Positions 1 to 10,215 of a stretch of 64,000 nucleotides of DNA are shown here, in pieces. The DNA comes from a virus. Made by a program: the position numbers and the translations under genes. Numbering within the stretch: the stretch's first letter is position 1; each line of letters starts with the position of its first letter. The DNA is taken from IMG/VR virus record IMGVR_UViG_3300003267_000287, positions 8,155-72,154 of that record. One strand, 5' to 3'. The notes under the pieces are model-generated. The model did no database searches. It saw nothing but the letters and a program-made list of their open reading frames with translations, and was not told the origin of the DNA.

Positions 1-999
1 CAGTTCGGCGTGATCATGACCGGCAACGACAACAGCGTCTCGGTCGACCTGGCCGTCGACTGGATCAGGTTCGGCTCCGACGTCATCCAGCCCGAGTCGC
101 TCCTCTGGCAGAACGTCGGCGGCCCGACGTCGACGATGTCCGTGCGCCTGAACTACGGCAACTCGTCGACCCCGTCCGACGTCTCCGCTGGGGCCATCAC
201 GGCGAATACGTGGCTCGACCTGTGCTCGAACCAGTCGTTCTCGATCACCGACTCGTCCTCGATCGTCGAGCTCGCGCTCGAATCGATGATGCAGATCAAG
301 CACAACACCGGCGGTGACAAGACGTACGAGGCACGCCTGCTCGTCGACGGCTCGCTCGATTACCACTTCGGTGGTGACGTCCGTCAGGACACGTCCCAGT
401 ACCACGGGTTCGAGCCGAGCGGCTCGGTCAAGCTCACCGGGCTGTCGGCCGGAACGCACACCGTCAAGGCCCAGATCAAGCTGAGCTCCGCGGGCGACTA
501 CTACCTGCGCCCGTCGGCGTCTGGCGGCTTCGAATACCTGCGCATCCAGGTCACCGAGTACGCCCCGGTGGCGACTCCCCTGACGCTCGCGTCGGCCAAG
601 TCGATGGTCTCAGCAGGGGATTACTCGATCTCGTCGACGACGTTCGCGAACGTCGACAACACGAACCTGTCCCACACCATCACGACCGGAGGGCACCGGG
701 TCCTCGTGACCTTCACCGGCATGGTGACTCCGCCTGGGGCCAATGACGGCCTCGCCCTCGACGTCTCGGTCGACGGTGTCCGTCAGGCATCCGCGGCGAC
801 GTTCGGGATCGTCTACGTGTACGCGGCGCTGGGTGCGATCTCCAGCAACATTAGCTTCACGTACATGACCGATGTTCTCTCTCCTGGGTCGCACACGATC
901 GCCCTGATGGCGCGTTCGATCGCAGGTGGGGCAAACATCCTGCGTGCCAGCACCGGGCAGACGGTCGCAGCCTTCTCGGTCGCCGAGCTCGCGACCTAG
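1..999 (+). CDS. Tail fibre/spike-like structural protein (5' truncated)
   Basis: Ser/Thr-rich beta-type protein with two similar domains ending LSAGTHTVK / LSPGSHTIA; lies upstream of hub-like tail genes. Confidence 0.55.
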   Translation, partial: QFGVIMTGNDNSVSVDLAVDWIRFGSDVIQPESLLWQNVGGPTSTMSVRLNYGNSSTPSDVSAGAITANTWLDLCSNQSFSITDSSSIVELALESMMQIKHNTGGDKTYEARLLVDGSLDYHFGGDVRQDTSQYHGFEPSGSVKLTGLSAGTHTVKAQIKLSSAGDYYLRPSASGGFEYLRIQVTEYAPVATPLTLASAKSMVSAGDYSISSTTFANVDNTNLSHTITTGGHRVLVTFTGMVTPPGANDGLALDVSVDGVRQASAATFGIVYVYAALGAISSNISFTYMTDVLSPGSHTIALMARSIAGGANILRASTGQTVAAFSVAELAT

Positions 1000-1002
1000 C
1001 CC

Positions 1003-4000
1003 ATGCCCGGGATCTTCGACCCGGGGATCTTCGATAGCGGAATCTTCGACACCGAGGGTGGCGGTGGCGGAAGCGGCACCTACACGCTCGATGCTGTCCT
1101 CCGTCGGACGTCGTCGGCGAGCTTCACGCTCGATGCCATCCGCCGGACAGGGACGTCGGCGAGCTTCACGTTCGACGCGATCACCATTCTCAATACGACG
1201 CCAGGGATCGCCCAGTACGCGACGGGCAACGTCGGCATCACGATGGCCGGGGCGATCACCCAAGGGCACGGGCTGGGTCTGTTCCTGGGCGCCCGCGCCA
1301 GCGGCTCGATCGGTCCGTACACGGGTTGGACGCAGAGCCCGGACGGGGACGTCACGAACCCGTCCAACGGCGAGCACACGAACTACCACTACAAGACCGC
1401 TGGGGCGAGCGAGTCGACGACCGCGCCGTTCTCATCGTTCGACGCCGGTGGTGCATTCGTCGAATTCGACCAGGCGGTCCAGCTCGACGCCCACAACTTT
1501 GCGACGGGCACAAGCAGCACCCCGTCGGTCACGATCACGGCCTCCCGCAACGCGATCGTCTTTGCGGTCGTCGCCGAGGGCACCGACGGCGGCTGGGGCC
1601 CACAGACCTTCACGCCACCTGCGGGCTGGACCGAGATCTTCGATCAGCGGGTGGCTGGTGACCATCCGAGTGTGTGGGTCGGCTATCGGTCCCTGCCAAA
1701 TGGCGGATCGATCACGGCCAACCCGGTCTGTTCTGGCTCGGGGTTCTACTCGATCCAGATCGTCTCGTTCATCGCGGTCACCCAGACCAAGTTCTACGCG
1801 CTCGACGCGATGCTCCGGCGGAGCACGAGCACCTCGTTCAGCCTCAACGCGATCCTCAAGAAGACGGTCAGCGCGAGCTTCACGCTCAACGCCGTCATCC
1901 TGCGGCCGAACAGCCTGGCCCTCGACTCGATCTTCAAGCGCCTGCCAAGCGCGACGTTCACGTTCAACGCGGTCCTCGGACGGGGTGGCAGCTTCACGCT
2001 CAACTCGGTCCTCTACCGAGGCGGGACGGCGACCTTCACGCTCAACGCGTTCTTCGTCTCGTTCCGGGGCAGCTTCACCCTCAACGCCCTGCTGTTCGGG
2101 ACGACGACGAACGTCTTCTACATGCGGGCCGTCATCTACAACCCAGCCGAGGTCGGCCCGAACCCGGACGGCTCGGCCAAGGTCTTCATCCGGGTCAACG
2201 GCGTCGACATCACCGACGACGTCGTCTTCTCCGACGCGAAGTTCACGACGCTGGTCAACGGCCAGGTCGGCGACTTCACCTGCCGGGTCCGGGACACGAC
2301 CCGGACCAGGAACTTCACCACCGGCGCCGAGATCACGGTCGACATCAACGGGATCCGCCGGTTCGGCGGGTTCCTGACCCAGCCCAAGCGGATGTACGCC
2401 TTCCCGGCGCCGGATACCTCGAACATCAGTCGGGTCGATCGGTTCATCGTTCTGCGTGGCACCGACTACAACATCCTCTTCCAGAAGCGGATCGTCTACG
2501 ACAAGGCGAACCCGAAGAACGTCCGACTCCGCTCGTGGGATCCCGATAGTCGCGACGACGTCGTCATCAAGTACGTCTTCGATCACTACACCGATCTCAA
2601 CGCCGACGGAGTGACCTACGACGGGGTCACCCACGTCGACACCCCGAACCCAGACCGACGCGGCGTCATCGCCTCGGGCGGCCTGACGTTCGGGGACGCG
2701 ATGCGCGAGATCAACCGGCTGATCAACGGCGTCTGGTACATCAACCCGTACAAGGAGCTGTGCTTCGTCGACGTCGACACGCCGACCGCGTCGAAGTCGA
2801 TGTCGGACCGACCGGTCGGACCGAGTGAGGTCGGCTATCGCGACTTCACGATGACCGAGAACGCGGCCAACATGGTCAACGACGCGCTGATCTGGGGCGC
2901 CGGGACGGGCTCCACTCGAGTCGCGTTTGGCCGAGCGACCGACGACGACTCGATCGCCGAGCACGGCCTGTGGCAGTTCGGCGAGTTCACCTCGGCGCTC
3001 TTCCGCCAGGCGTCGGTCAACAAGCGAGCGAACTCGATCGTCTACGGCTCGCCCGCGTCGAAGCGCGGCGGCAAGGATGATCAGGACAGCTGGATCGTGA
3101 CGACGTATGACCAGTCGTTCAACGTCGGCGACAAAGTCACGATTGAGTCCGAGGTCTTCGGGACGAGCGACGTCGTGCCGATCCGGCGGATGACCGTGAG
3201 CTTCCCGACGAAGACGGACCCACGGTTCGATCTGGTACTCAGTCACGAGATCGACCAGCCGTGGAACATGTTCGAGTTCTGGTTCCCGGAGTTCAACGTG
3301 CCGCCGATCGACGACATCGTCGTGGACCCCATCCCGGGTTGCGGACCAACCGACGATTGCATCGCAGAGCCCGCAGAGTGCCCCGAGGTCGAGATCTCAC
3401 ACGACCTATTCACTCGGACGACGACGCCGTTCCGATCATCCAGCTTGCCCGGCTGGGGATCGCCTGGCGACACCGGGAACACGCTCGGGATGTACTGGCG
3501 GCACGTCGGCGGGAAGGAATACTGCGACGGGGCACGGGCTGTGATGTCCGTCTTGGACGTGTCCGAGACGAGCCCTGAGACCTGCAACGAGTACCTCGCG
3601 ACCGCGTCGTTCACGCCGCACTACATCGCGAACATCGGCTCAGGGGACGTGTTCCATTGGCGGATCGAAGACCTCCAGTTGACTGATGTCCAGGGTGGGC
3701 AGAACAGCGGGAACTCCATCTTCGACAGCGGCGGGTGGTGGTGGTTCGTCGGATACGCCAGCCCGACGTCGAATGGCGACGCCTACTACATCCGAGTCCG
3801 AAGCAACGACATCTGGGAGCTCTTCCTGATCCCGTCCGGCGATGGGCTCGGCGAGAACTACTCGACGAACCTGATCACGAGCGGCACCCGCGCTGGGGCT
3901 GACTTCGAGGTCGAGATCACCAACTCCGGCAATACGATGCGGATCGACGGTTCGACCGTCACACTGGCCGTGCCGATCGCCGAGGGCCGAGTCGACTTCT

Positions 4001-5073
4001 CGCTGGTGCCGTACAACGTCACTTTCAACGGGCCCGCGCTCGATGTCGAAATGAGCATGGCCGCGATCTATCGGCTGGAGGCCGCGAGCTTCGACTGCGG
4101 GAGCAGCACCGGCTGTCTCGATCTCGAAGGTCTTCTCGTGCCATGGGGGGACGGCGATGCTCCCGAAGGCTTCTGCACGATCCCAGACTCGGGTCCCGGT
4201 GCCAATTCGTTCTGTGGCAGCGCGGACTCGATCCGGCTGTACAACGCCTGCACCTATCGCATCGAGTACCGGGTCTACTACCCGGGCACCGAGTGGTACT
4301 TCATCGCCGGAATGCCGGTCGGCGGCATGGGCACGCTGGTTATGGGTGGCACCCAGAACAACGAGGGCCTGCCGCCGGTCTACTACGCCTCGTTCCTGGT
4401 GACGACGGGTGGTGGAGCTGGCGGCTTCGGTGAGACGAATGTCGGGCTGTTCGCCCAGCCGCGCAGCCCGGGCTTCAGTGGTGCCTTCGGCGAGATCTTC
4501 GCCCGGGTCTACTACGTCGATGGGCCGGATCCCCGGTTCGACGGCGTTGCGCTGCCGAGCCCCGACAGCTGCCAGACGATCAACGACACCGGCGTGGTCG
4601 CCGCCGGGTATGGCAACACGGTCTTCCGAACGACGTACCCGTATGAGCCGGGCACGCTCCGTGTGTTCATCACGACGAATGGGGTCGAAGCGGAGATCTT
4701 CTTCTTCACCGAGACCGACCCTGCGAACGGGATCTTCACGATCACGGTCGGGCTGAACAACAACCAGACGATCCGGGTGACCTACCTCGCGGCGGGGTCG
4801 TCCCCAACGGCCAACGTGGTCAACACCGGCTGGGTTCGCGAGACCCTGACGAGCGGGCTCACGCGGATCGACTCGACCCACATCCGAACCTCAAGCGCCA
4901 TCGTCCCAGGCACCTCGATCGTGTTCGTGAATGGCGAGTTCCAGCGTCCTGGGATCGCTCGGGAATACACCGAGTCGACCGCCCTCCAGGGGATTCTCCA
5001 GTTCAGCGACGTGGTGGCCGTCGGCGCCGAGGTCGTTGTCTTCTACCAGGCGGACGGCCCCAGAGAGGACTAG
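1003..5073 (+). CDS. Large minor tail protein: 14-aa repeats, baseplate hub-like domain, C-terminal beta domains
   Basis: 1356-aa ORF; SFTLDAVL-type repeats; central domain paralogous to the next gene; two C-terminal GT.VF.NG..YTE..G..F modules. Confidence 0.7.
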   Translation: MPGIFDPGIFDSGIFDTEGGGGGSGTYTLDAVLRRTSSASFTLDAIRRTGTSASFTFDAITILNTTPGIAQYATGNVGITMAGAITQGHGLGLFLGARASGSIGPYTGWTQSPDGDVTNPSNGEHTNYHYKTAGASESTTAPFSSFDAGGAFVEFDQAVQLDAHNFATGTSSTPSVTITASRNAIVFAVVAEGTDGGWGPQTFTPPAGWTEIFDQRVAGDHPSVWVGYRSLPNGGSITANPVCSGSGFYSIQIVSFIAVTQTKFYALDAMLRRSTSTSFSLNAILKKTVSASFTLNAVILRPNSLALDSIFKRLPSATFTFNAVLGRGGSFTLNSVLYRGGTATFTLNAFFVSFRGSFTLNALLFGTTTNVFYMRAVIYNPAEVGPNPDGSAKVFIRVNGVDITDDVVFSDAKFTTLVNGQVGDFTCRVRDTTRTRNFTTGAEITVDINGIRRFGGFLTQPKRMYAFPAPDTSNISRVDRFIVLRGTDYNILFQKRIVYDKANPKNVRLRSWDPDSRDDVVIKYVFDHYTDLNADGVTYDGVTHVDTPNPDRRGVIASGGLTFGDAMREINRLINGVWYINPYKELCFVDVDTPTASKSMSDRPVGPSEVGYRDFTMTENAANMVNDALIWGAGTGSTRVAFGRATDDDSIAEHGLWQFGEFTSALFRQASVNKRANSIVYGSPASKRGGKDDQDSWIVTTYDQSFNVGDKVTIESEVFGTSDVVPIRRMTVSFPTKTDPRFDLVLSHEIDQPWNMFEFWFPEFNVPPIDDIVVDPIPGCGPTDDCIAEPAECPEVEISHDLFTRTTTPFRSSSLPGWGSPGDTGNTLGMYWRHVGGKEYCDGARAVMSVLDVSETSPETCNEYLATASFTPHYIANIGSGDVFHWRIEDLQLTDVQGGQNSGNSIFDSGGWWWFVGYASPTSNGDAYYIRVRSNDIWELFLIPSGDGLGENYSTNLITSGTRAGADFEVEITNSGNTMRIDGSTVTLAVPIAEGRVDFSLVPYNVTFNGPALDVEMSMAAIYRLEAASFDCGSSTGCLDLEGLLVPWGDGDAPEGFCTIPDSGPGANSFCGSADSIRLYNACTYRIEYRVYYPGTEWYFIAGMPVGGMGTLVMGGTQNNEGLPPVYYASFLVTTGGGAGGFGETNVGLFAQPRSPGFSGAFGEIFARVYYVDGPDPRFDGVALPSPDSCQTINDTGVVAAGYGNTVFRTTYPYEPGTLRVFITTNGVEAEIFFFTETDPANGIFTITVGLNNNQTIRVTYLAAGSSPTANVVNTGWVRETLTSGLTRIDSTHIRTSSAIVPGTSIVFVNGEFQRPGIAREYTESTALQGILQFSDVVAVGAEVVVFYQADGPRED

Positions 5074-5076
5074 CGC

Positions 5077-6672
5077 GTGCCCTTCATTCCGGCCTCTTCC
5101 ATCACGATTACGGTCGGCGGAACGGACGTCACGCGCTTCGTCCTCTTCTCATCTGCCCGGTTCGAGTCGCAGCTCGGCGCGGTCCCAGGGACGGCCGAAA
5201 TGCTTCTCAAGGACGTCGATCAGGATCTCGACTTCACCACCGGCGACGAATGGACGGTCGACGTCGACGGCATCCGGCTGTGGGGCGGGTACGTCCTCAA
5301 TGCCGGTCGGACCTTCGCCTTCCCGGCAGTCGACACGACGGTCCCGGGCGATGTGACCGCCCGCCAGTGGCGGCTGGTCGGGGTCGACTACAACATCCTG
5401 TTCGACAAGCGGGTCATCCACAACCCAGCCAACCACACTGCCCACTTCCCGTACTTCGCGCTCAACCTGACGATGGGCGAGCTGCTTCGGGACCAGCTCT
5501 TCGCCGACTACCTCGACATCAGCGGTGACGGACTCGACACGACGACCTACGTCGACGACGGGTTCGCACCGCGCTTCGACGCCGACGGCAACCCAGATCC
5601 CGACGGGACGAAGCAGGGCTCGTGGCCTCAGCAGGGCTCGTACTGGCGGGTCGCGATGGAGGACTTCGCCCAGTTCGGCTTCGTCTACTACATCGACGCC
5701 AGCAAGAACGTTCACTTCCACGAGGCTGAGGAGACGCTCGCGTCGTGGGGCTTCAGCGATGTCCCCAACGAACTGCCGCTGCCGACGTCGGGCGCGACGT
5801 ACGGGATGCGCGAGTTCGAGGAGATCGACGACGCCTCGGCGATGTCCAACGACGCGTTCGTGTGGGGTGGCTCCGAGTGGGCAGGGACCGCAGGCGGAAC
5901 GGTCTTCGCCCGCAAGCAGAACGCGAGCTCGATCTCAGCTCACCGGCGCTGGCAGTACGCCGAGACGCGCTTTGGTGATCTGAAGAGCCAGGGTGAGGTG
6001 ACCGCCCGAGCGAACGTCATCGTGTCGGGCAACACGACGGGTGCGGTCGGTGGCGACACGGCCCGTGGCCTTGCCGTCGACCAGCGTCAGATCCGCTGCG
6101 CCTGGTTCGCCCACGACGTCCCGACCCTGTCGGGCAACAAGGTCCATCTCCATCCGGGCGACGTCGTGACCTTCACGATGTACGTCCTGACGACCGACGG
6201 GATCAACCCGCTCGTCGTGATCCTGCCGCTCCGGAGCGTGTCGATCACGTTCCCGACCCTGCCGTCCGACGGCGCCTCGCCTGAAGAGCCGAAGACCTAC
6301 ATCCGGTTCGATGGGTTCTTCGGGGTCCAGCTGTCGGACCCGTGGTGGCTCTGGAAGCTCCTTCGCGACACGGCCAAGAAGACCAGCCCGACGGTCTTCG
6401 CGGCGGCCGATGGCACGACGACCTCGGTTGTGTACGGGACGTTCGCCTCGCTCCCGTTCAACGAGTCGCCCGACGGCTCGCGGGTGAACTTCTCGATCAA
6501 CTTCGCCTACATCTCGGGCACGACCGCGGTCTACAAGAACAAGCTCCTCCAGTCGCCGGGGGTCCACTACACCGAGTCGGACTCGGGGAACGGCGTCATC
6601 ACGTTCATCACGGCTCCGTCGGGGGGCGATGAGCTGTGGATCACGTGCCGTCTTGCGGGCGGCATTGAGTAG
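5077..6672 (+). CDS. Baseplate hub-like minor tail protein (paralog of the upstream gene's centre)
   Basis: Shares FTTG.E.TVD..GIR..GG, AFPA.DT and G.DYNILF.KR motifs with 1003..5073. Confidence 0.7.
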   Translation: MPFIPASSITITVGGTDVTRFVLFSSARFESQLGAVPGTAEMLLKDVDQDLDFTTGDEWTVDVDGIRLWGGYVLNAGRTFAFPAVDTTVPGDVTARQWRLVGVDYNILFDKRVIHNPANHTAHFPYFALNLTMGELLRDQLFADYLDISGDGLDTTTYVDDGFAPRFDADGNPDPDGTKQGSWPQQGSYWRVAMEDFAQFGFVYYIDASKNVHFHEAEETLASWGFSDVPNELPLPTSGATYGMREFEEIDDASAMSNDAFVWGGSEWAGTAGGTVFARKQNASSISAHRRWQYAETRFGDLKSQGEVTARANVIVSGNTTGAVGGDTARGLAVDQRQIRCAWFAHDVPTLSGNKVHLHPGDVVTFTMYVLTTDGINPLVVILPLRSVSITFPTLPSDGASPEEPKTYIRFDGFFGVQLSDPWWLWKLLRDTAKKTSPTVFAAADGTTTSVVYGTFASLPFNESPDGSRVNFSINFAYISGTTAVYKNKLLQSPGVHYTESDSGNGVITFITAPSGGDELWITCRLAGGIE

Positions 6673-6691
6673 CTCGTAGAGGGAGAAGGGA

Positions 6692-7258
6692 ATGGCCTAC
6701 CGACCCACGTTCCGGAAGCAGGCCGATGGGAGCCGCTGCCAGTGGTACAACTGCAACCCGACCTCGCACGCGATGGCGGCTGACCGCCATCAGCGCGGGA
6801 TCGATCCGCCGGGCACCGCGCTCTGGAAGCCGACCGGCGCCTACATCCGCTCGTTCATCCCGGGCGGCTGTGGTGGAACCACCCTGAACGAGAACGAGAC
6901 GGTGCTGATCAACAAGTACCGGATCGACATGCTCGTTCGGTACAACATCCCGTGGGACACGTTCCGCTCGATGATCATCGCCGGTCGAGGGGCCGTGGTG
7001 AACATCCGCTACAGCGTGATCGCGCCCACCCGGTTCGACGCCTCCCCGGGTTTCACCGGTGGTCATGCCATCTACGTCAACGAGCGCCGCTCGAGCGACG
7101 GGGCCTTCCTCGTCTACGACCCGCTTGCTGACGGACGCCGAACGGGGATCCCGAAGGGCCCACAGTGGTGGCCCGGCGCGCTCCTCAAGGCAGCTGCCGG
7201 TTCCTGGACGGGAACCGGCTTGGTCGACGCATCCCTCACCCGCGACACGGAGGCGTAA
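6692..7258 (+). CDS. Endolysin, C39-like cysteine peptidase
   Basis: Q..C (NCNPTSHAMA), H (GGHAIYV) and D (VYDPL) spacing typical of C39-like peptidases; between tail genes and holin-like gene. Confidence 0.65.
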   Translation: MAYRPTFRKQADGSRCQWYNCNPTSHAMAADRHQRGIDPPGTALWKPTGAYIRSFIPGGCGGTTLNENETVLINKYRIDMLVRYNIPWDTFRSMIIAGRGAVVNIRYSVIAPTRFDASPGFTGGHAIYVNERRSSDGAFLVYDPLADGRRTGIPKGPQWWPGALLKAAAGSWTGTGLVDASLTRDTEA

Positions 7259-7260
7259 TC

Positions 7261-7422
7261 ATGCCCGCCCCCAAGGCGAATGCCCCAATCAACGAGCACC
7301 GCAAGCACGTCGAAGAGTTCCTCAAGCTCAAGGATGACAAGCATCTGAAGGAGCCGAAGGACCGCTACGTGAAGACCGATCGTCCACCCGAGGACGACAA
7401 CTACAAGCCCAAGGAGTGGTAG
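7261..7422 (+). CDS. Small charged hypothetical protein
   Basis: GGAGG RBS then ATG at 7261; MPAPKANAPINEH... Confidence 0.5.
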   Translation: MPAPKANAPINEHRKHVEEFLKLKDDKHLKEPKDRYVKTDRPPEDDNYKPKEW

Positions 7423-7426
7423 AGCT

Positions 7427-7663
7427 ATGGCCGTCACCGATACGCTCACCGACGGGACTGGAGTCAGCGCGATCACCAGCAGCAAGCTGGTCAAGGACAT
7501 CGTCCTCGACTTCCTGCTGGCGCTCCCACCGGCCCTCCTCGCCGTCAATGTCACCGACCTGAGCACCGCCGTCGCCTCGACGGGCGTGGTGATCTTCGCG
7601 GTCGGCGACGTGTTCTTCCGGGTTGGCTACCGGGCCGCGCTGCGCTGGGCGCAGTCGGCCTGA
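7427..7663 (+). CDS. Holin-like membrane protein
   Basis: 78 aa with two hydrophobic segments, downstream of the endolysin; AAGGAG RBS. Confidence 0.55.
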   Translation: MAVTDTLTDGTGVSAITSSKLVKDIVLDFLLALPPALLAVNVTDLSTAVASTGVVIFAVGDVFFRVGYRAALRWAQSA

Positions 7664-7845
7664 TGGCCGCAGAGGGGCGTCTCTGGGTCGACCGTCCCGT
7701 GCGGAAGGCTGAAAACTACGGGGCGCCCCTCAAGTGCCCGAAGTGTCCGCCCAAGCACTACTACGGGATGCTCTGGCTCCCGAACGTGAAGTCTCATCCC
7801 TGTCCGAACTGTGACACGCGGCTCGTGTCAGTGAAGAGACGATGA
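7663..7845 (+). CDS. Small zinc-ribbon protein
   Basis: CPKC...CPNC; overlaps the upstream stop codon. Confidence 0.5.
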   Translation: MAAEGRLWVDRPVRKAENYGAPLKCPKCPPKHYYGMLWLPNVKSHPCPNCDTRLVSVKRR

Positions 7846-7846
7846 C

Positions 7847-8104
7847 ATGCCCAACGACCCGCTCTCGCTCGTCATCACCGGCGGTGCGGCCGGGGCTCTG
7901 TTCTATGTCCTCCGCTTGCTTATCGAGGGTAAACTTCATACGAACAGCGAAGTCGACGGCCTCCGGGCCGACATCGCTGATCTAAAGAAGATCAACGCCT
8001 CGCAGGCGGAGGCACTCAAAGCGTCCAATGAGCAGCAGAACCAGGTGCTTCGCATCCTTCGATCTCTGCCGATTGCTGTCTTCGACCGGCAGGTCGACGA
8101 GTGA
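7847..8104 (+). CDS. Membrane protein with coiled coil (lysis cassette)
   Basis: N-terminal hydrophobic helix followed by a heptad-like region. Confidence 0.5.
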   Translation: MPNDPLSLVITGGAAGALFYVLRLLIEGKLHTNSEVDGLRADIADLKKINASQAEALKASNEQQNQVLRILRSLPIAVFDRQVDE

Positions 8105-8295
8105 ACGCCGGGTTCCCCCAGTGGCTGCGAAGGGGACTGCGGATGTTGCGTCACCCGGTCAAAAGGGATCCTGAAGTCCTTCAGCAGAAGCGGGATGCCG
8201 CCAAGGCCCTCCGCCAGCATGGACGTCTACTAAAAGAAATCGCCGCGATCCAGCGTGAGCTGGAACGGTATGGAGGGACCGCGAAAGGGAATTAG
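8101..8295 (+). CDS. Hypothetical protein
   Basis: GTGA overlap with the upstream gene. Confidence 0.4.
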   Translation: MNAGFPQWLRRGLRMLRHPVKRDPEVLQQKRDAAKALRQHGRLLKEIAAIQRELERYGGTAKGN

Positions 8296-8298
8296 GAA

Positions 8299-8616
8299 GT
8301 GAGCGATCCACTCGCCCACCTCCTCGTCGCCGCTGCCCTCATCCTCACAGGCGTTCAGACCATCTCGCTCATCTGGACCTCGCGGATCGCCAGCGATCTC
8401 GCCGGTCTCGAGGGTGGGGACTTGGCCAAGCTCCTGCGGACGATGGCCCGAGCGGTCTTCGTGGCCCAGATCCTTTCCCTCGCTCGAGCGATCCTCATCG
8501 ACACCGCTCCGGACGACACGCTCGAGCTCCGGGTCGTCCTGTTCATCCTCGAAGAGATCGTGGTCGTCACGGCCTCGATCGTGGTGATGCTGCGGGCCCG
8601 GCGGCTTACCAGCTGA
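8299..8616 (+). CDS. Three-TM membrane protein
   Basis: Three hydrophobic segments; last gene of the + strand block. Confidence 0.5.
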   Translation: MSDPLAHLLVAAALILTGVQTISLIWTSRIASDLAGLEGGDLAKLLRTMARAVFVAQILSLARAILIDTAPDDTLELRVVLFILEEIVVVTASIVVMLRARRLTS

Positions 8617-9349
8617 TCCTGATCTTGTTGCTGGGCAGTCGCGAGTAGGCATCCCAGTAGAGGTCGATCAGCTTCTCGTAGGATCGCCCCTTGTAGCACT
8701 GGCACCAATCGATTAGCTTGATGCGAAGGGTGACCGAGCCCGACCGCACCGTCACCGTCTTGCCGCGCCAGTGGGCGCCCAAGGCGGCGCGGAGTCTCGG
8801 CCCAGCCGCCCCGTAGAGGTCCACGCCGGGCCCATCTGGGTACCGATAGTGGCAGACGCTTCGGCCAGCTCGGCAATACCAGCTGGCCAAGCCAGAGAGG
8901 GAGTGGCGTAGTGGTTGCGCTGACGGTCGGACAGTTCCAGTTGATCCTGGGGCTGGCTGTGCTACTGGGGGTCGGACTGGCGCTGATCGGCGTGGGCCTG
9001 CTGCTCGATCTTCGGGCGGCACGTACAGCTGCGCGGGACGAGCTGCTGAAGCCCGAGGTCGTTCGCGTTCGCCTGGAACAGACGGCACGGGACTAAACGG
9101 AAGATCTAGTACGAGCGGCTCGCTGATCGGAGTCGCTGAGCTGAGTCCAGTCAGGCTGAAGATCGCCCCCACCGCCAGGAGCAATCCGACGCGGTGGGGG
9201 TGTCTTCGTGTTACCCCCCGTTCGCGGTTCGACTGGTCCAGCTGAACCAGGTCGCGATCTTGTCCACTCCGCAGATCAGGAGCATCAGCGCGTCGTCGGT
9301 GGTGTAGCGGTCGGCGTGGCCGTTCCGGATCGATCGGTCGTTGAGCCAT
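8606..9349 (-). CDS. RlpA-like double-psi beta-barrel protein (true start probably near 9184)
   Basis: Hydrophobic N-region, Pro-rich linker, then G.ASWY...AAGP...G.TVTV...I.D.C.C...LIDL..DAY. Confidence 0.65.
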   Translation of the reverse strand: MAQRPIDPERPRRPLHHRRRADAPDLRSGQDRDLVQLDQSNRERGVTRRHPHRVGLLLAVGAIFSLTGLSSATPISEPLVLDLPFSPVPSVPGERERPRASAARPAQLYVPPEDRAAGPRRSAPVRPPVAQPAPGSTGTVRPSAQPLRHSLSGLASWYCRAGRSVCHYRYPDGPGVDLYGAAGPRLRAALGAHWRGKTVTVRSGSVTLRIKLIDWCQCYKGRSYEKLIDLYWDAYSRLPSNKIRISW

Positions 9350-9672
9350 TGGACTGTCTCCTCGAAGGGGATCTTGAGGATGGCCGTCCGGTAGACGACT
9401 TCGTACTCACGGGGGCTCCGCTGCCGTAGCTTGCGGAACGCCCGGGTGGATTTCACCCGGGGCTCAGGGTTCTCCGCCCACTTCCGATCGTCGAACTGAT
9501 CGACGCGTCCGCTGATCCAGCGGTAGAAGTCCCGTCCCCATTCGGGAGTCCCACCTTCACTCACGTCGCGAGAGTGGATCTTCGTGGGCAGCTCGTCCTC
9601 CCAATACGAGGCGAGTTCCCACATCGTGCGAAACGTGTCGCGGAGAACGTCTTGCGGGATCGTGACGGTCAC
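9211..9672 (-). CDS. Hypothetical protein, possible late regulator/antiterminator
   Basis: C-terminal helical pattern (AFRKLRQRSPREYEVVYR...PFEETV); position downstream of RusA/HNH. Confidence 0.4.
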   Translation of the reverse strand: MTVTIPQDVLRDTFRTMWELASYWEDELPTKIHSRDVSEGGTPEWGRDFYRWISGRVDQFDDRKWAENPEPRVKSTRAFRKLRQRSPREYEVVYRTAILKIPFEETVQWLNDRSIRNGHADRYTTDDALMLLICGVDKIATWFSWTSRTANGG

Positions 9673-9708
9673 TTGACTCTGCCCCTTCTCCCGCAGGCAG
9701 GCTGAGTA

Positions 9709-10215
9709 TCACATAGTGTCAAGCTCTCCGACTCGTCGTTTTCGACCAGCGTCGTCGAACGACCACGCCTCGACCGGGATGTTCCGAGCGAGCGCCGCCT
9801 CGACGACGTGGCCGGTCCCGCCTTCCATCACATGATCTTCCGAAAAGTAGGCGATGACTCGATCAGCAGCGGAGACGAGCTCGAAGTCCCGGCGGTAGGT
9901 CTGATCGCGACCACCTGGTTCTGGCTCGAACCAGATCGCCGACAGCCCGCGCTCCTGGAAGGCGGGCCAGTCGAGCATCCCCGCAATCACCCCATCGTGG
10001 AGCGATGCCGGGCCGAGCCGTGGTCGCCGGAGCAGGACGAACGAGTCGAGGGGCAGCTCGTTCAGCGTCGCCGCGATGTCGCTGTAGAGGCGGAGGGTGG
10101 TGATGAGGTGGGAGGCGACGACGGCAAGGTGAACGGGTCGTCCGGCACCGAGCTGATCTCGATCTCCACCCTCGGGTTCGGCTCCAGGGTCGAGACGCTC
10201 TTGGACATCACGCAT
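9709..10215 (-). CDS. SLOG/YspA-like protein (start uncertain)
   Basis: RRD..LV..ADRVIAYF....GGT.HVV..A..RNIPV pattern. Confidence 0.55.
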   Translation of the reverse strand: MRDVQERLDPGAEPEGGDRDQLGAGRPVHLAVVASHLITTLRLYSDIAATLNELPLDSFVLLRRPRLGPASLHDGVIAGMLDWPAFQERGLSAIWFEPEPGGRDQTYRRDFELVSAADRVIAYFSEDHVMEGGTGHVVEAALARNIPVEAWSFDDAGRKRRVGELDTM

